Below, piece by piece: positions 1 to 13,949 of a DNA stretch of 64,000 bases (positions are counted from its first letter, which is position 1; each line of letters starts with the position of its first letter). Made by a program: the position numbers and the translations under genes. This DNA is from Eledone cirrhosa (taxonomy: Eukaryota): positions 8,308,001 through 8,372,000 of the forward strand of contig OZ024743.1 of NCBI GenBank assembly GCA_964016885.1, in the 5' to 3' direction. The notes under the pieces were generated by a model. That model made no database searches. It was not told the DNA's origin and was given only the letters and a program-made list of their open reading frames with translations.

Positions 1-65
1 TTCAGAGATTTCATTCTGACTTAGTATTTTTCTATTTAATTGCTAAACCTGTAGATATTGTTCAC

Positions 66-103
<38 letters not shown>

Positions 104-104
<1 letters not shown>

Positions 105-526
105 TTAAAAGAATAGAGGTGTAACACACGAGTTATGATATATTGGTAAAGGGAAAAGAAAATGCTGACAAATTGTTCCCAGTGAAAAATAGTTTAATTA
201 GGAATAAGTAAAAATTAGTAATAAGTATTGGTTAGTATTCAGTTTTGGTTTTAAGTTTTTACCGGTTGCGCATTTCTAATGCTTTTCAAAAATAATTTTG
301 AGATAGAGCGTCCGTGATGTTTGCACTAATCTGATTAGTGCAAACATCACGGACGCTCTATCTCAAAATTATTTTTGAAAAGCATTAGAAATGCGCAACC
401 GGTAAAAACTTAAAACCAAAACTGAATACTAACCAATACTTATTACTAATTTTTACTTATTCCTAATTAAACTATTTTTCACTGGGAACAATTTGTCAGC
501 ATTTTCTTTTCCTTTTACCAATATAT
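104..526. mobile_element. Near-perfect palindrome (arms 138-331/333-526) of a PLE-like 3' end between (TA)n tracts, with a truncated hammerhead at its centre
   Basis: actaatc-t-gattagt centre at 332; one arm mismatch (151/513); right arm reads (c)tgat-tagtgc...gcatta-GAAA-tgcgca; ~35 nt extra tail 104-137 on the left copy only. Confidence 0.75.
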
Positions 527-764
527 ATGTATATATATATATAAATGTAAGTCCAAAGAATCATTAGATAAAATATATACAGTATTTCCTCTCCCAACCA
601 ATATAAATCAACCACACAAAAAATCATTTAAACGAGGCTATAAGTTTAAAATGTATATTATGAAGAAATAATAGACAAATGATATACTGTAGCTTCTTTT
701 CCGCGATGTACAGCCATGTGATATTTACCTAATATTCTTTCTAGCCTGTAGAAATTGACTAGAC

Positions 765-829
<65 letters not shown>

Positions 830-904
830 TACATATTCCTCTTTCCAATATAAAGCGTGAAAATAATAAGACGTTTTGTACCTCTCTTTGTTGTCTCCTG
901 AAGC

Positions 905-936
<32 letters not shown>

Positions 937-1335
937 TATGCCTGTATTATTTGCTGTTTAGTCAGAGAAAGAAGGGCAGTACCCATATCCATTGTAAGGG
1001 TCATTTTAAGCCGGTGACCTGGTCAGAATTCTTACGACAATAATAAAGACATCCAAGTGTCAGACAGTTGTGTTAAACTGAGCCAATGGATCACGACTAC
1101 AACCCAAGTAGGTCCCAGCGAGATTTGAACTCAGAATACAAAATACCAGAATATATATCCCTAAGTATCTCGCTTCAAACCCTCACTTGTATCCCACTAC
1201 GAGGTATCTCACGTGCTACCCATTACCCAACCAAAGGATGAAAGTTCACTTCGGCGATATTTAAAATCAAATCACAAAGAACCGAAACAATTATTGCAAG
1301 GCGTTTTGTATTACGCTCTAACGGCTGCCAATTCG

Positions 1336-1620
<285 letters not shown>

Positions 1621-2582
1621 TATATAGTAGGAAATATTTAATATTGCAATCATGAATGCAGTCAAATGATGATTCATGCAAATTGAAAGATGACTCCTAA
1701 CCCCCTCCCATTACAGATAAACCCTGATACCCATATTACACGAAAAATATGAATCTTAAAACTAATGTAATAATCAGTATTAGATAAAGGATACTAATTT
1801 CTGCTAAAACAAAATTTCAAATCAAATAACTCATTAATACTGCCGTACTCAAGAGTCCACACTTAAAATTAAACTAAAATAAAACACAATGAAACACGCG
1901 AACTAAACTTTAATTATTTAACTTTAACCGGAACAAAAAGCCTCACAAACCTCTGCAATTGACTTGAATTCCCTTCTCCTTAAAATATTCCAAAAAATGA
2001 AAAATTTGCGGTCCATAGACAATTAGATATAAAATTCCAAATGTATGTGATTTTATATATGTTAGTTAAAAAAGGGGAACCGTGATCTATTCTGACTACA
2101 AGCAAAAGGCACTCAAGAACCAATTGATGGTTATTCTCCACGACAATGTGTTCACTATGTTGCCCGTGGGTCCCAGCTGAGATATGTCATCCAACTGTAG
2201 GTGTAGAGTTTGTCTCCTCCCTCCATTTTGCTCCTCTTTTTCTGTTTTCTTTCTTTTTCCTTCCCACCTTTGTTTTGTCATTATGATATTGTTTGTAAAA
2301 TATACTATCAAACACGGCTATTCATATTTCCAATACAATATCATCTTTAGCTTGAAATAAAATAGGAAGTATATTGATAGTGTTAAACTAGGCGGTGCTC
2401 TAAGCTTACATCCGAAACAGAATTTCACAGCCACTCAGCCTCAAAGTGAAACATCAAAAGAGATTTTGTTTCGCTGCAGTTCTTATTTGCACATTTGATT
2501 TTATGAAAGAGAGAAAGTGTGTGTGTGTGTGTGTATAAAAGAGAGAGAGGGGAGAGAGAGAGAGAGAGAGAGGGGGGAGAGG

Positions 2583-2622
<40 letters not shown>

Positions 2623-2887
2623 GGGTGTGGAAAAAAGATGAGCGAAAACAGTGTGTGTGTTAGTATTTCTATAAGAATATTAGTATTGATATTAATTATA
2701 AACGAGTGATTATCAGATATATCGATAATTCTCATATGTATTCTTTTTAAAAACAAATTATAAAAACAAAAATAATAGATCGATAACCTATAATATTTTA
2801 TGCGCAATTCAGTTAAGTATAGGTCGTGTGAAGTCACTAAAAGAATGGCCCATCAAAAATGTTTTCCCGGCATTCATTAATATATAC

Positions 2888-2917
<30 letters not shown>

Positions 2918-2920
<3 letters not shown>

Positions 2921-3240
2921 CGTTAAGGGCCAAACACACTGAGATGATGGTTAAACATATCATCCGCACAGCCAAAATCAAAACGACCAAGTAATTCGGG
3001 TCAAACAATAAAAATATATGTGTTGATACTTTCCCGTATATATATTTTTATTGTTTGACCCGAATTACTTGGTCGTTTTGATTTTGGCTGTGCGGATGAT
3101 ATGTTTAACCATCATCTCAGTGTGTTTGGCCCTTAACGTATGTTGTAGCTCTGATTCATATGATTCATCGAGCGCTTGCCACACATATCGGACGTTGATT
3201 TTCGTTAATTCCTGAGCTGAAAACGATTCTCGCTAATTTA
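2918..3240. mobile_element. Tail-to-tail inverted pair of PLE-like pLTR fragments in (TA)n
   Basis: Arms 2918-3019 and 3040-3141 are reverse complements; aataaa near the inner ends; flanked by TA tracts. Confidence 0.6.
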
Positions 3241-3246
3241 TATTTA

Positions 3247-3284
<38 letters not shown>

Positions 3285-3415
3285 GATAAATCTACCAAGA
3301 GTTTACGGTAGTGTCCAATCCGTATGAAGAACTCAATGTATTCCGGATATCATGGAAAGAAGAGATGTAATGAAAATCCAATTTCGGTGAAAGATAAACG
3401 GTATACAGAGTGAAG

Positions 3416-3821
3416 ATAAAATATTAAATAAATAATGAACAAACAATTCCTTATATTAAACAAAAAAAGTTCACTATTTAACGATCGTTTCTAGGGTATA
3501 TATGTGCTATAATTGGTATGCATATTTAACAGATCTATGTACAAGATTATACAAAATTATACAAATTATCAAGATTAAATATACATACCTAACTCATATA
3601 TACGCCGTCTTCAGAAATATTTCTGAAGACGGCGTATATATGAGTTAGGTATGTATATTTAATCTTGATAATTTGTATAATTTTGTATAATCTTGTACAT
3701 AGATCTGTTAAATATGCATACCAATTATAGCACATATATACCCTAGAAACGATCGTTAAATAGTGAACTTTTTTTGTTTAATATAAGGAATTGTTTGTTC
3801 ATTATTTATTTAATATTTTAT
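3416..3821. mobile_element. Perfect ~406 bp palindrome of a PLE-like 3' end
   Basis: Centre ttcagaaat|atttctgaa at 3618/3619; right arm abuts (TA)n. Confidence 0.85.
3618..3762 (+). ncRNA. Type I hammerhead ribozyme motif with long stem II (mirror copy on - strand)
   Basis: tattt-CTGAAGA-[gtatatatg...catatatac]-GAAAC-gatc-GTT-aaata; palindromic stem III aacgatcgtt. Confidence 0.65.
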
Positions 3822-3837
3822 ATATATATATATATAT

Positions 3838-4165
3838 TAGTTTTGCGAGGTTTTTGATATGAAATATTGTGTCGAAACAGATATTGTTATACTTGTGTAA
3901 TAATATTGCCAGAATTAATAACAGAACACACTCACTGTTTGGTTGGTTTTCGCTTCTGTGTCTTTTATATCGGTTAATTTAATGTATTCGGTCCTCAATG
4001 TTACCATTGACTGACTAACGGTAAAAAATACAGATACAATATAGACACAAACATATATATATAGTCTAACAAAGTTCTTTCGTTGCACATCCGCAACATC
4101 GTCAGTGGCGCTATTATGTTTCCTCCCGTTGTATTGTATGCCTACGCCATCTTTATTTAGTCTGT

Positions 4166-4196
<31 letters not shown>

Positions 4197-4232
4197 TCTT
4201 CTCTGCGCATGCGTTTGCGTGTGTTTATAGTA
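3838..4232 (-). mobile_element. 3' end/pLTR of the same PLE family as 13950-16306, including hammerhead at ~4070-4107 and a 3' tail
   Basis: Reverse complement aligns by eye to ~15925-16306 (CTGACGA-tgttgc..gcaac-GAAA; cagtgagtgtgttctgttattaattctggcaatatt). Confidence 0.85.
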
Positions 4233-4330
4233 CAAGAAACATAATAAAAGTAACAATCACAATGGTAGAAATAACAGTAACAACAACAATAACGTTGGAG
4301 AAAACAACAACAATACATCTAACAATCACA

Positions 4331-4461
4331 GGGGGAAAAAGTTGACTGTCGGACAACTCGGAACGCGTCTTTCGCTGTTTGTTGATTTGAATATCAGATA
4401 TTCAAATCAACAAACAGCGAAAGACGCGTTCCGAGTTGTCCGACAGACAACCTTTTCCCCC
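4331..4461. repeat. ~130 bp palindrome, possibly with a partial hammerhead 3' half
   Basis: Centre aatatc-a-gatatt at 4396; arm contains cGAAAgacgcgttc. Confidence 0.7.
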
Positions 4462-4731
4462 ACCCCGGAAAAAACCCCAGTTGATGGATGTGAATCCGAA
4501 ATATATAGGGACTATTAAATCTCTCCCAAGGTAACTCTCTCTTGTGTTGTTATTTTTATTTTTATTTTTATCCTTTATACTCTTCCCTTCATTCTACACA
4601 TCTCACACATATTATACACACCACGCATCCCAACGTACACCCACTTACATCTCTCTCTCCACCACCGGACCTTGTTACCCGGAGATTTACCCATTTGCAT
4701 TGTCGAGGCTTCCAAACGAATTAAAGATATT

Positions 4732-4777
<46 letters not shown>

Positions 4778-4846
4778 CAAGGTTTAGCAAATAAGAAAAA
4801 GTTTTTAAATAAATTTTAAAAAGTTCACTGTACTTGCTGTAATTAT

Positions 4847-4927
4847 CCTTACCGTACGGTTTCAAGTCTCGAAATAAATGGATAATCCATACGGAAATCC
4901 ATTGAAAAGGAAGACTTTCGTCAGAGG
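4847..4927 (-). ncRNA. Type I hammerhead ribozyme, intact core
   Basis: Minus strand: cct-CTGACGA-aagtct...agactt-GAAA-ccgtacgg-TA-agg; within a TA-flanked insert 4775-5088. Confidence 0.8.
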
Positions 4928-5084
4928 GTTCTTTTCGCTCGGAGAATATAAAATTCCCGAGTTCAAATCACGAACTGGCGCCATTCAAAATTGTTCCCGA
5001 GATGAGAGTGTATGATGAAGAAGCAATTCTGTCTAGTGCCGTGTGTAAAGATAGAAAGCAGAGGCAGAAAGGTCAATCTACTGC

Positions 5085-5142
<58 letters not shown>

Positions 5143-5201
5143 GTTAGTCATACAAAAGTGAGTTACAAACGAAACGAAATTTAATTTCGTTTCGTTATTT
5201 G

Positions 5202-5287
<86 letters not shown>

Positions 5288-5363
5288 GTATATGTGTGTT
5301 TGTGTGTATGTGTATATATAGGTAGTAGTTTAATAAGATCATTGTTCAAATTACTACTACTAC

Positions 5364-5395
<32 letters not shown>

Positions 5396-5488
5396 GGGGG
5401 GGGTGTAAAAGGTAAACAGAAATAACAACACAATTAGTACAGTATATGGAAGAAATATATTAGGTTAACGCTTGAAATAGCAGGAAGT

Positions 5489-5522
5489 CTTAACGTTTCG
5501 GACGCTAGTCCTTCGTCAGAAG
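5489..5522 (-). ncRNA. Minimal (dimer-type) hammerhead motif; degenerate paralogue at ~29205-29238
   Basis: ctt-CTGACGA-a-ggac-tagc-gtcc-GAAAC-GTT-aag; flanking sequence shared with ~29150-29240. Confidence 0.7.
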
Positions 5523-5699
5523 AAAGAATGAGAAATAAGATGAATTGAAGGGACGGGTGGGTTGAATTGAAAAACATGTCTTTAGATAAAAATAACAGGT
5601 CCATTCATATTGCCATTCTTGGAATATATATATCTTTGAGGGAGTGTGTTGAATACAGTTGGTCTTTCATGTGATTTTAAATGAATTACATGCCCAGAT

Positions 5700-7830
5700 T
5701 TAAAGAACTGAACACGATTTCATGCTTCACACGTCCAGCTCCCTATGTTCTCGTTGGGGTTGATATTGTGGCCCACACGAAACCGACGCTTAAGCCTTTC
5801 GTGTTCAAGACGTAACTCTTCAAACATTCTGCAACCTTCCCTAACATATCTCCTTCTTTCAGTCCTCACTAATGTTAGCACTTCTCAGTTCTGTATGTCA
5901 ATCTGTTGATCTTTAAGGTTGCTCTTTGTGCAGTCTTTGTATCTTTTATCTTGATTTGTGCTGAGGGCGTTTCCCGGTGTGCAACTGACTGTAAAATATT
6001 TGATTTATGAGTCTATCATCTTTCATGCGTACAACAACGCCTGCTCAATGCATTTGAGAGGATATGACGACAAATTCAATGCCTCTGTGCATCCGGTATC
6101 AATAAGTATTTATATGTCAGGTGTTTTATTTTACCACTTGATGTTGAGTATATAACTTAAACATTTTTTTTATTAAAGCATTTGAGAAATATGAGAAGTC
6201 TACGGTGTGCTTTCCACGTTTCAGAAGAGCAAACGAGATCACTTAGTAGGCAAGCCTTATAGACATAAATCTTGATATTGTTTATGATGCTACGAACCAC
6301 CCATACCCTCTTGTGAGTTATCCAAAGGATTCGGAAACTTTCTGAAGGCGCAAATGTATTTCTGCATCTAGCAAACCATCTCTGGACAATGTACTACCCA
6401 GGTAAACAAATGTGTCAATTACATCCAATCTAGTGCCATGCACCACAATATTTGTTTCGATTCAGTTCATCTGGAGTGGATGTGAACATAACCTTTGATT
6501 TCGTCGGGTGGTTTTATGACTAATGGCAGTACACGAAGCTGCAAATCGATATATAATGTGTTGCATATCAATTTGCCATTAAAGATAACCTGAGCTTTCA
6601 TATCCCTGTGCAACAGCCTTAACATATTTAAGAATGTTGGTGGGTACCATATCTTTCGAATGATTTAAAGTGCATCTCTATTAATTGTGTCAAAGGCTTT
6701 TGTTAAATCAACAAACTGGATACAGAGGAAGTTGCTGCTCAACGCATTTCTCTTGTATCTGCTTAGCCGAGAAAATCATATCAAATGTCTTTCTCACAGA
6801 TCGAAAACCACTTTTCGTTTCACGGATGTCTATAGGACAGATTTCTTCCATAAGTCTGTTCAACAGAAGTTTAGGAAGCACTTTTCCAACAGCTTCCAGG
6901 AGAGTGATGCCGCGGTACTAATCACAATTCCCTTTTATTGTTGCCATTATCCTTGAACAAGGTTACCAAAATACCATTGATCCAGTCATGTCTGTCCAGC
7001 TCTCTGTGATGAGATGGAATACTGTTTGCGTTACATTCTCAGGATGACCATCTGAACCAGGTGCTTTACCACTGTCACTCTGGTTGATTGCCAGTTTTAC
7101 TTCGTCATAAGCCAGCAAACAATCCAGTCTGCATTTTTTAACATAAGTAGACATGGAAAACAAAACAAAAAAGGTGTCTTTGATTTTGTGGGCAGTTATG
7201 CTTCAATAGGGGAAGGACAGCTCGATGTTTTAGGGTGACTGGGATGCTTTGAATCATTCTTGGAAAATTCCACTTTTTAGTGCCTCTGGATGGCTAGAAA
7301 GATATGTTAGAAGCATGTTGGAGAATGGGAAGGTATCATAACGTTTCAAACTGTATGGTCGCTCCACCCGAATGGACCACTGTGACGTTATTGAATAGAA
7401 GCGAATTGGGCAGATGTTATTTAGAAACAGTTTAGGTTGGCCTCAATTTCATATATGACCGGCTACTCAGACTACGAATTTGAAAGACGCATAGTCTATT
7501 TATCGAGGTATCTAAGCAGGAATCTAATTACTGGAAGTTTAGAGTACCAATCTTGACATAGAATGGTCACTAGTGACGGATATCTTGTCTAAATGATTTC
7601 AAACCAACACGTCTATCTCACACAAAACAATACGAACAAAGATTTGATACCTGTGGTTCGGAAATCTTTTCCCTCTGGTCGCTTCCATATATATGTTAAA
7701 CGAACTAAAGACGATTAGCAAGTGCCCTTGCTCCCAAACAAACACCAGGCTATGCACATTCACACATCCTATATTCAACATTCTTGTGTACGAATGAGAA
7801 GGGGAAAGGAAATCACTTATAAGTGAAGAT
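5700..7830 (-). pseudogene. Highly degenerate RTE-clade LINE
   Basis: Fragments GCVNV (APE start), GKAPGSDG, NYCD*YRGITLL, FVDLTKAFDT, FVYLGS on the minus strand. Confidence 0.8.
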
Positions 7831-8393
7831 CAAAATTACTTGCCAGTCCCTAAATGACCCTTCCTCAACTATAAAGGTTCTCACGTAGGAAACGTTTTCC
7901 TAAAATTTATTGACTTCTGGTGGTGTATTTCACCGGAAGTATATCGTTAAATATCCTTTGGAGGAGTGCTTCTGCTTTCCCTGCATCACTATTTTATTTT
8001 TCAAGTTTTTGTATGTTTTTTTTTTTAATTTCTAATGTACTCCATCAACTCTTTGATGTTCAACAGTGAAGTTGAGAAATATTTGTTGTTGCTGTTGTTG
8101 TTATTGTTGTTGTTGTTTATATGTATGTTTGTGTCACCGTCGCTGTCGCCGTCATTACCTTGCCATCCTCACCCTAATAAAAATGATTTCTAACACAGTC
8201 ACAAATCCACAAATTCGGAGAATGTGATAGTCGATTAACTCGACCCAAGTACTTAGCTGGTACTTTATTTCATCGACCCCAGAAAGATGAAAGACAAAGT
8301 TGGCCTCGGTATGATTGGAACTGAGAAAATAAAAAAGCCGTCACTAAATAATGATTTCTGATTTAGGCACAGATAGATAAATACATAGATAGA

Positions 8394-8595
8394 TACAAGA
8401 GTCGGCTGAAAAGTTCATAGGCTGATTATGAACCAGTGATGCTAAAGCTGTGAAATTTTGCATGTATTAATTTCAACTCTTCTTATATATAACTGTACTG
8501 TTTCTTTCCAATGACTATGTTAAAAAATAAACCTCATTTAGTCATTCCATGAGAGTATCCTGGTCAACCTATGAACTTTTCAGATAACCCTCATA
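8394..8595. mobile_element. Tc1/mariner-type MITE
   Basis: TIRs ta-caagagtcggctgaaaagttcataggctga / tcaacctatgaacttttcagataaccctca-ta. Confidence 0.7.
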
Positions 8596-8781
8596 GATAT
8601 ATAGACAGATAGACAGACAGACAGACAGACAGACAAATGGATAGATAGATAGATAAGATAGATAGATAGGTTATTTCGTCTATTAGTGGTTAGAAGTATT
8701 ATGTAGACCATGTCACATTCATAGCCACACATTGGACTTTTTAGCAGATTGGGCGGGGGTAGCACATTTAAAAAAAAACTT

Positions 8782-9010
8782 TTAACCCTTTAGCATTTAA
8801 ACCGGCTGAATCCGGTCAGAACTTTCTCACTTCTTTTTGTTCAAACCGGCTGTAACTGGTTGCTCATACCTACATTAAGGTATTCTTCTCAAAATAAAGA
8901 ACATCAAAATCTCGTAGATTTGATATTATGTGAGATAATTATCTGAGGTAAAGCCTTCACTGTGAAAATACAATAGTACATATAGAATAATGTAGGTGCT
9001 AAAGAGTTAA
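8782..9010. mobile_element. piggyBac-type MITE
   Basis: TTAA-ccctttagca ... tgctaaagag-TTAA. Confidence 0.7.
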
Positions 9011-9309
9011 TATTTTTCCAGCAGTTTGCTCTTCCTATTCTTCCATCTCATTTTACTCACCACATGACCACTTGGGGTATTCATGACAGCAGTTTTGGCT
9101 GTTAAAATATTATTCCTATTTGTGCCTACATAACCAAAAGCCCAAGACTTAAAATATATACAAGACAGAAAATAGCACTACAAGGCATGACACACATATT
9201 ACGATATGTACTTTCAATATAGTAGAAGCACTAACTCTAAAAAACAACACTGTACATGTGGAAGGCACACAGAGCTGGCTTGGTAATGCAGTGAAAACGT
9301 TCAATGATA

Positions 9310-9930
9310 ATAATTGTTTCTATCTTTGAAACAAAGCCAGCTATTTGAACGGTCCCAGAGTATTACTGGTGCTTTATTTTATCGACCTTGTAAGGAGGAA
9401 AGGCAAAGCTAACCTCGACATGTTTTGGACTCAGAACGTAAGGGGCCGTAAGTATATGTCGCAAAGTTTGTTGTCCGATCCTCTACCGATACTAATAATA
9501 AGGGATGTTCCACTACTACTACTACCACTACTGCTACTGCTACTACTACTACTACTACTACTAACAACAACAACAACAACAACAACAATTGTTGTTACTT
9601 TCGGCACAGGGTCACCAATTTGAAGGGAAGGGGGAAAGTCGATTGAATTGACCCCATTGCATTCCTGGTACTTTATTTTATCGACCCTGTAAAGATGAAA
9701 GGCAAAGCTAACCTCGGCGGGTTTTGAACTAAGAACGTAAAGGGGCGTAACTCTATGCCACGAAGCATATTATTAGACGCTCTACGGATACTGCCAACCA
9801 TCATAATAATAATTGTTTCAGATTTAGGCACAAGGCCAGCAATTTGTGGGGAAGGGAAACATCGATTAAATCGACCCCAGTGCGTTACTGGTACTTTATT
9901 TTATCGACCCCGTAAGGATGAAAGGTAAAG
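9310..9930 (-). mobile_element. Cluster of three copies of an abundant tRNA-derived SINE (other copies ~8180-8330, 13545-13675, 16960-17095, 29775-29955, 42825-42925, 46868-46985, 52625-52805, 62305-62405)
   Basis: Shared core gagttcaaatcccgccgaggttgactttgcctttcatccttacggggtcgataaaataaagtaccag (B box plus a Nin/Deu-like domain). Confidence 0.85.
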
Positions 9931-10142
9931 CGAATTAACATATCAGTCACTTAATTTGAAAAACTCAACAAATACAACAGCCTAGAGGCCATTGAAAAGA
10001 CGAGAACAATCTCGCTGACCATAAGTTTTGATAAGAAAAGACTGGATTGCGACATTATACGGAAATTTCTGCACCTTTCGGAACTCGCTGCTTTCCTTGC
10101 CTAAACATTCTGTCACAGTCTCAATGATACCAACATTAATAC

Positions 10143-10300
10143 TACAGTGAAATTTCGTTATAACGAAATTCAGAGGATATAAAAAAAATTCGTTGTAATT
10201 AAAAATTCTTTATAACGAGATCGACCGAAACAAATAGAGCGTTTGTTTGGAAAAAAATTCGTTATACTGAAAAATTCGTTATAACGAAATTTTATCTGTA
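10143..10300. mobile_element. Tigger/pogo-type MITE
   Basis: ta-cagtgaaatttcgttataacgaa ... ttcgttataacgaaattttatctg-ta. Confidence 0.75.
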
Positions 10301-10447
10301 CATACTTTTTTTGTAATGCCAGGGAAAATTTGGATTTCTTCAAACCACACTGCAGGCTGGTTAAACTCATTTTTGTCACTCAAGAATAAATCCATATCTT
10401 CCTGAGATGGAAAGTGTAGCACTTTTATTGACTCTATAACACTGAGC

Positions 10448-10778
10448 TTTAAGGTAGTGTGGCTTTGTGGTTAGGGTATTTGGCTTGCAATCATAAGGTT
10501 GTTAGTTCGATTCCCGGTGGCGCGTTGTGTTCTTGAGCAAGATACTTTATTTCACGTTGCTCCAGTTCACACAGCTGGCAAAAATCAGTTGTGTCTGTAG
10601 TTCGAATGGCCAGCCTAGTCACATTGTGTCACGCTGAATCTCCTTGAGAACTAACTATGTTAAGTGTACGCGTATTTGTGGAATGCTCAGCCACTTGCAC
10701 GTTAATTTCACAACCAGGCTGATCCGTTGATCGGATCAACTGGAACACTCGTCGTCGTAAACGACGGGGTGCCAGTTC
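10448..10778 (+). mobile_element. tRNA-derived CORE-like SINE
   Basis: A box tggctttgtgg, B box gttcgattc, core tcttgagcaagatacttt; probable TSD ata(a/g)cactgagc at 10436-10447 and 10779-10790. Confidence 0.8.
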
Positions 10779-11230
10779 ATAGCACTGAGCGATTTCAACT
10801 GAATTTCTTGTTAATAATTTTCCTTTCAGCTACATTTATCGGATGATAGGTTTTCCTTAGCTTTTAATTCATGTTTGACAGTGATTAAATATATATTCAA
10901 GTGTTGTTTCTTAACATTTCCCTTACATTTAGTCACCTTTATTTTACAATTTTGTTGTAGAATAGTGTAGCTATTTATTTCTGTACATTTGATAAACAAC
11001 AGAACATCACTGATAATATTCTGTGGATCAACGACCTTTTTTTTTTAATTTACAAAATCCATGATGTTATCTTTTTATTGTTTAGCCTTTGTTTACTTAT
11101 TATTTTCAAGACATAACTTAACAGTTTTTTAAGGATATATGAACAGATATTTCTTAGCTAAAATGATGCTTCACGATTTTATTGTATATATTCACCATCT
11201 CCCCTGATACCGTTGATCACTGTTAACATG

Positions 11231-11266
<36 letters not shown>

Positions 11267-11519
11267 TCCCTAACTCCTGATAGAGTCGTAGGGGGCACCG
11301 TATTGACATACGACGTTTCTTGGGCATTTTAAACCTGGCGGAGCTCATCCCTCTCCAGGCCTGAGTACAGCAGATTTCTTCCAGAGAAAGATAGAAAGTG
11401 AAAGAGAGCAAATGAAAAAGAGATATAGAGGAAGAGGAAGAATCCACCCCAGTACCAGACTGCCAATTCGCCGCCTATAACATGAGATCAATACCTTTCT
11501 TATCAATCCTACTCAAATA

Positions 11520-11865
11520 TGGCTTGTAGTGAGAGTTATATAAAAAAAAAAAACATTACAAATTGCTCACAATTCGTTCAGAATAACATTACAAATATAA
11601 TGTCGTTGATAAACACAAATATAAACGCATATAATGAATACAACCATCGCCAGGAACTTTACAAAAACAACACCAAAACACATGACCAGAGGGGGAGAAA
11701 GAAATGAAAAGAGAGAGAAAAAAAGAAAAAAAGGAGGAGCAAAAACAAAAAACGAAAACGACCCTCAATTCACCACTAAGAGCTACAATCGGCCGCACAT
11801 CACATCATAAGGGTGAACGGAACACTTTGAGGCAAGCCAACACACTCGCAACATTACCACTGTAG
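11520..11865. repeat. Unclassified dispersed repeat; inverted paralogue at ~58040-58430
   Basis: Shared blocks gtcgttgataaacacaaatataaacg and ggaacactttgaggcaag...ctcgcaacattaccac. Confidence 0.65.
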
Positions 11866-12271
11866 TGTTGCACAAGTTCTAAAAACGAAATAATATGTCT
11901 CTGAGACATTTCAATTATTTATATTCGAGGCTTTTTATAATGGTAGCTGCTATAGTCACTAACCAGTAGATATAGACGGAGGTCTATGTTACTGAGAGTC
12001 AATGTAAAGGCAGCCGGAATCTAACCTGCTCTCACACGTGGTGTCGGCATGTGTCTTCTTGGAATATCTTCGTTTAATGTTATTTGTACACTGTTCTCAC
12101 TTTTGTGAATAAAATTACAATTACCATCCCTACTTATACGTTTAACAAATATTGCTTGTTTGTGTAATTATCCCCCACCTTCCCCACCCCTCGAAATGAG
12201 TTAGCTTTTGGTGAAATTTGCCCCATATATATATATATATACACACACATATATATATATGTGTGTGTGTG

Positions 12272-12442
<171 letters not shown>

Positions 12443-12486
12443 CGTATATATATATATACATATATATATATGTTTACACATACATA

Positions 12487-12551
<65 letters not shown>

Positions 12552-12597
12552 TATATGTATGTGTTTGTATGTATCTGTATATACATATGTATGTATC

Positions 12598-12690
<93 letters not shown>

Positions 12691-13949
12691 GTGTGTGCGT
12701 GTGTCAAAAGTCCATTCGAGTTCGATAAGAGAGTAAAGCTTGTACAAATAAGAACAGTTAGAAAAGCAATAAATGTGACTGCTTGCGTTACCATGGTGAG
12801 GGAAATTAACCTGTGACGGTCTTGTGAAGAGTCATCAGTACGTCTATTTAATCTGTGAAATATCACAGCATAACTTGTCTTCTAAACAAGAATTCCCAGG
12901 AGGTGAGGTGGATGCCAAATTTCGTATGTACACACGATTCTATCATTGAGAAATCGGTACCTTTGAAGAAAACTTGTGTTGATTTGTAGTTCTGGCAAAA
13001 CAGCTATGTTTATCTTTCAACGATCTAAAAACCAGATCCTTGAGTTTTTACCTGAGTTTCTCTGATGTCTATTAACAATTGACCGATCGAATTAAACTTG
13101 TTTTCTTTCTGCTGCTTTTCACCTGTTTTTTTTTTTTTAGTCATTTGTTTTATGTATTTGTTTCATATTTCTTTTTTTTTATTTGGTCTTGGTTTGTCTA
13201 TTGCTTTTTGGTCTTTATTTTTTTCCTTCAGATGTTCTTTTTTTGGCTCTTACACGTCTTTATTTTTTAGATATCTTTTGGTTATTAGTTTATCCTTCCA
13301 TTGATTTCGTCTATTCAGCCACAACCACGTTCGGACACCGACATGGTAGGTATTTATTTGATACTCAAATGACTATATATCCTATGCTAAATTGCCCCTT
13401 ATCATGATAATGATACACACGAAACTATGTGGAAGATGAGCGGTCAGCTGCAGACTTGCCAACATCTAAAAACCCAAATGGGGAGTACCATGAAAAAGAG
13501 TACCCCAAAACGGGGCGAAATGAGGCAAAATGGGTGAATTTTACATAATTGTTTCTACTTTAGGCACAAGGCCAGCAATTACCCAGTGCATTACTGGTAC
13601 TTTATTTTATCGACCCCGTAAGGATGAAAGGCAAAGTCAACCTTGGCGGGATTTGAACTCAGATCGTAAAGGGACGGAGGGATTTTACATAATGAAAGCT
13701 ATACCCATTTTTACAAGCGAAGACATATCTCACCTACCCCAGAGTGGGTGAGAGATCTCCCCGTCGGACGGGAGAGTTGACAGGTCTGCAATTGCTTGCA
13801 GAAACTTCGACTCGGACAAGATTTGAACATTGAATAATATTGGACTAAATTAGTTATATCAAAATACCAGGTCCGGGGTTCTATTTTCTGTTTTCTCTAC
13901 CCTGCTTTTATATTAATGATAAATACGAAAATCTGCATTGGGAACCCGA

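Noticed and set aside
138-526. Palindromes as classical MITEs or sequencing fold-back artefacts
   Set aside because: Asymmetric tails, homology to PLE 3' ends, arm mismatches and a SINE nested in one arm argue against this, though the perfect palindromes still need read support
10455-10525. tRNA gene-like A/B boxes (also 61219-61290)
   Set aside because: SINE heads followed by core and tail; no complete cloverleaf
13773-13815. Hammerhead-like hairpin (gagttgacagg-tctgcaa..ttgcaga-aac)
   Set aside because: Core does not match CUGANGA and there is no valid UH site
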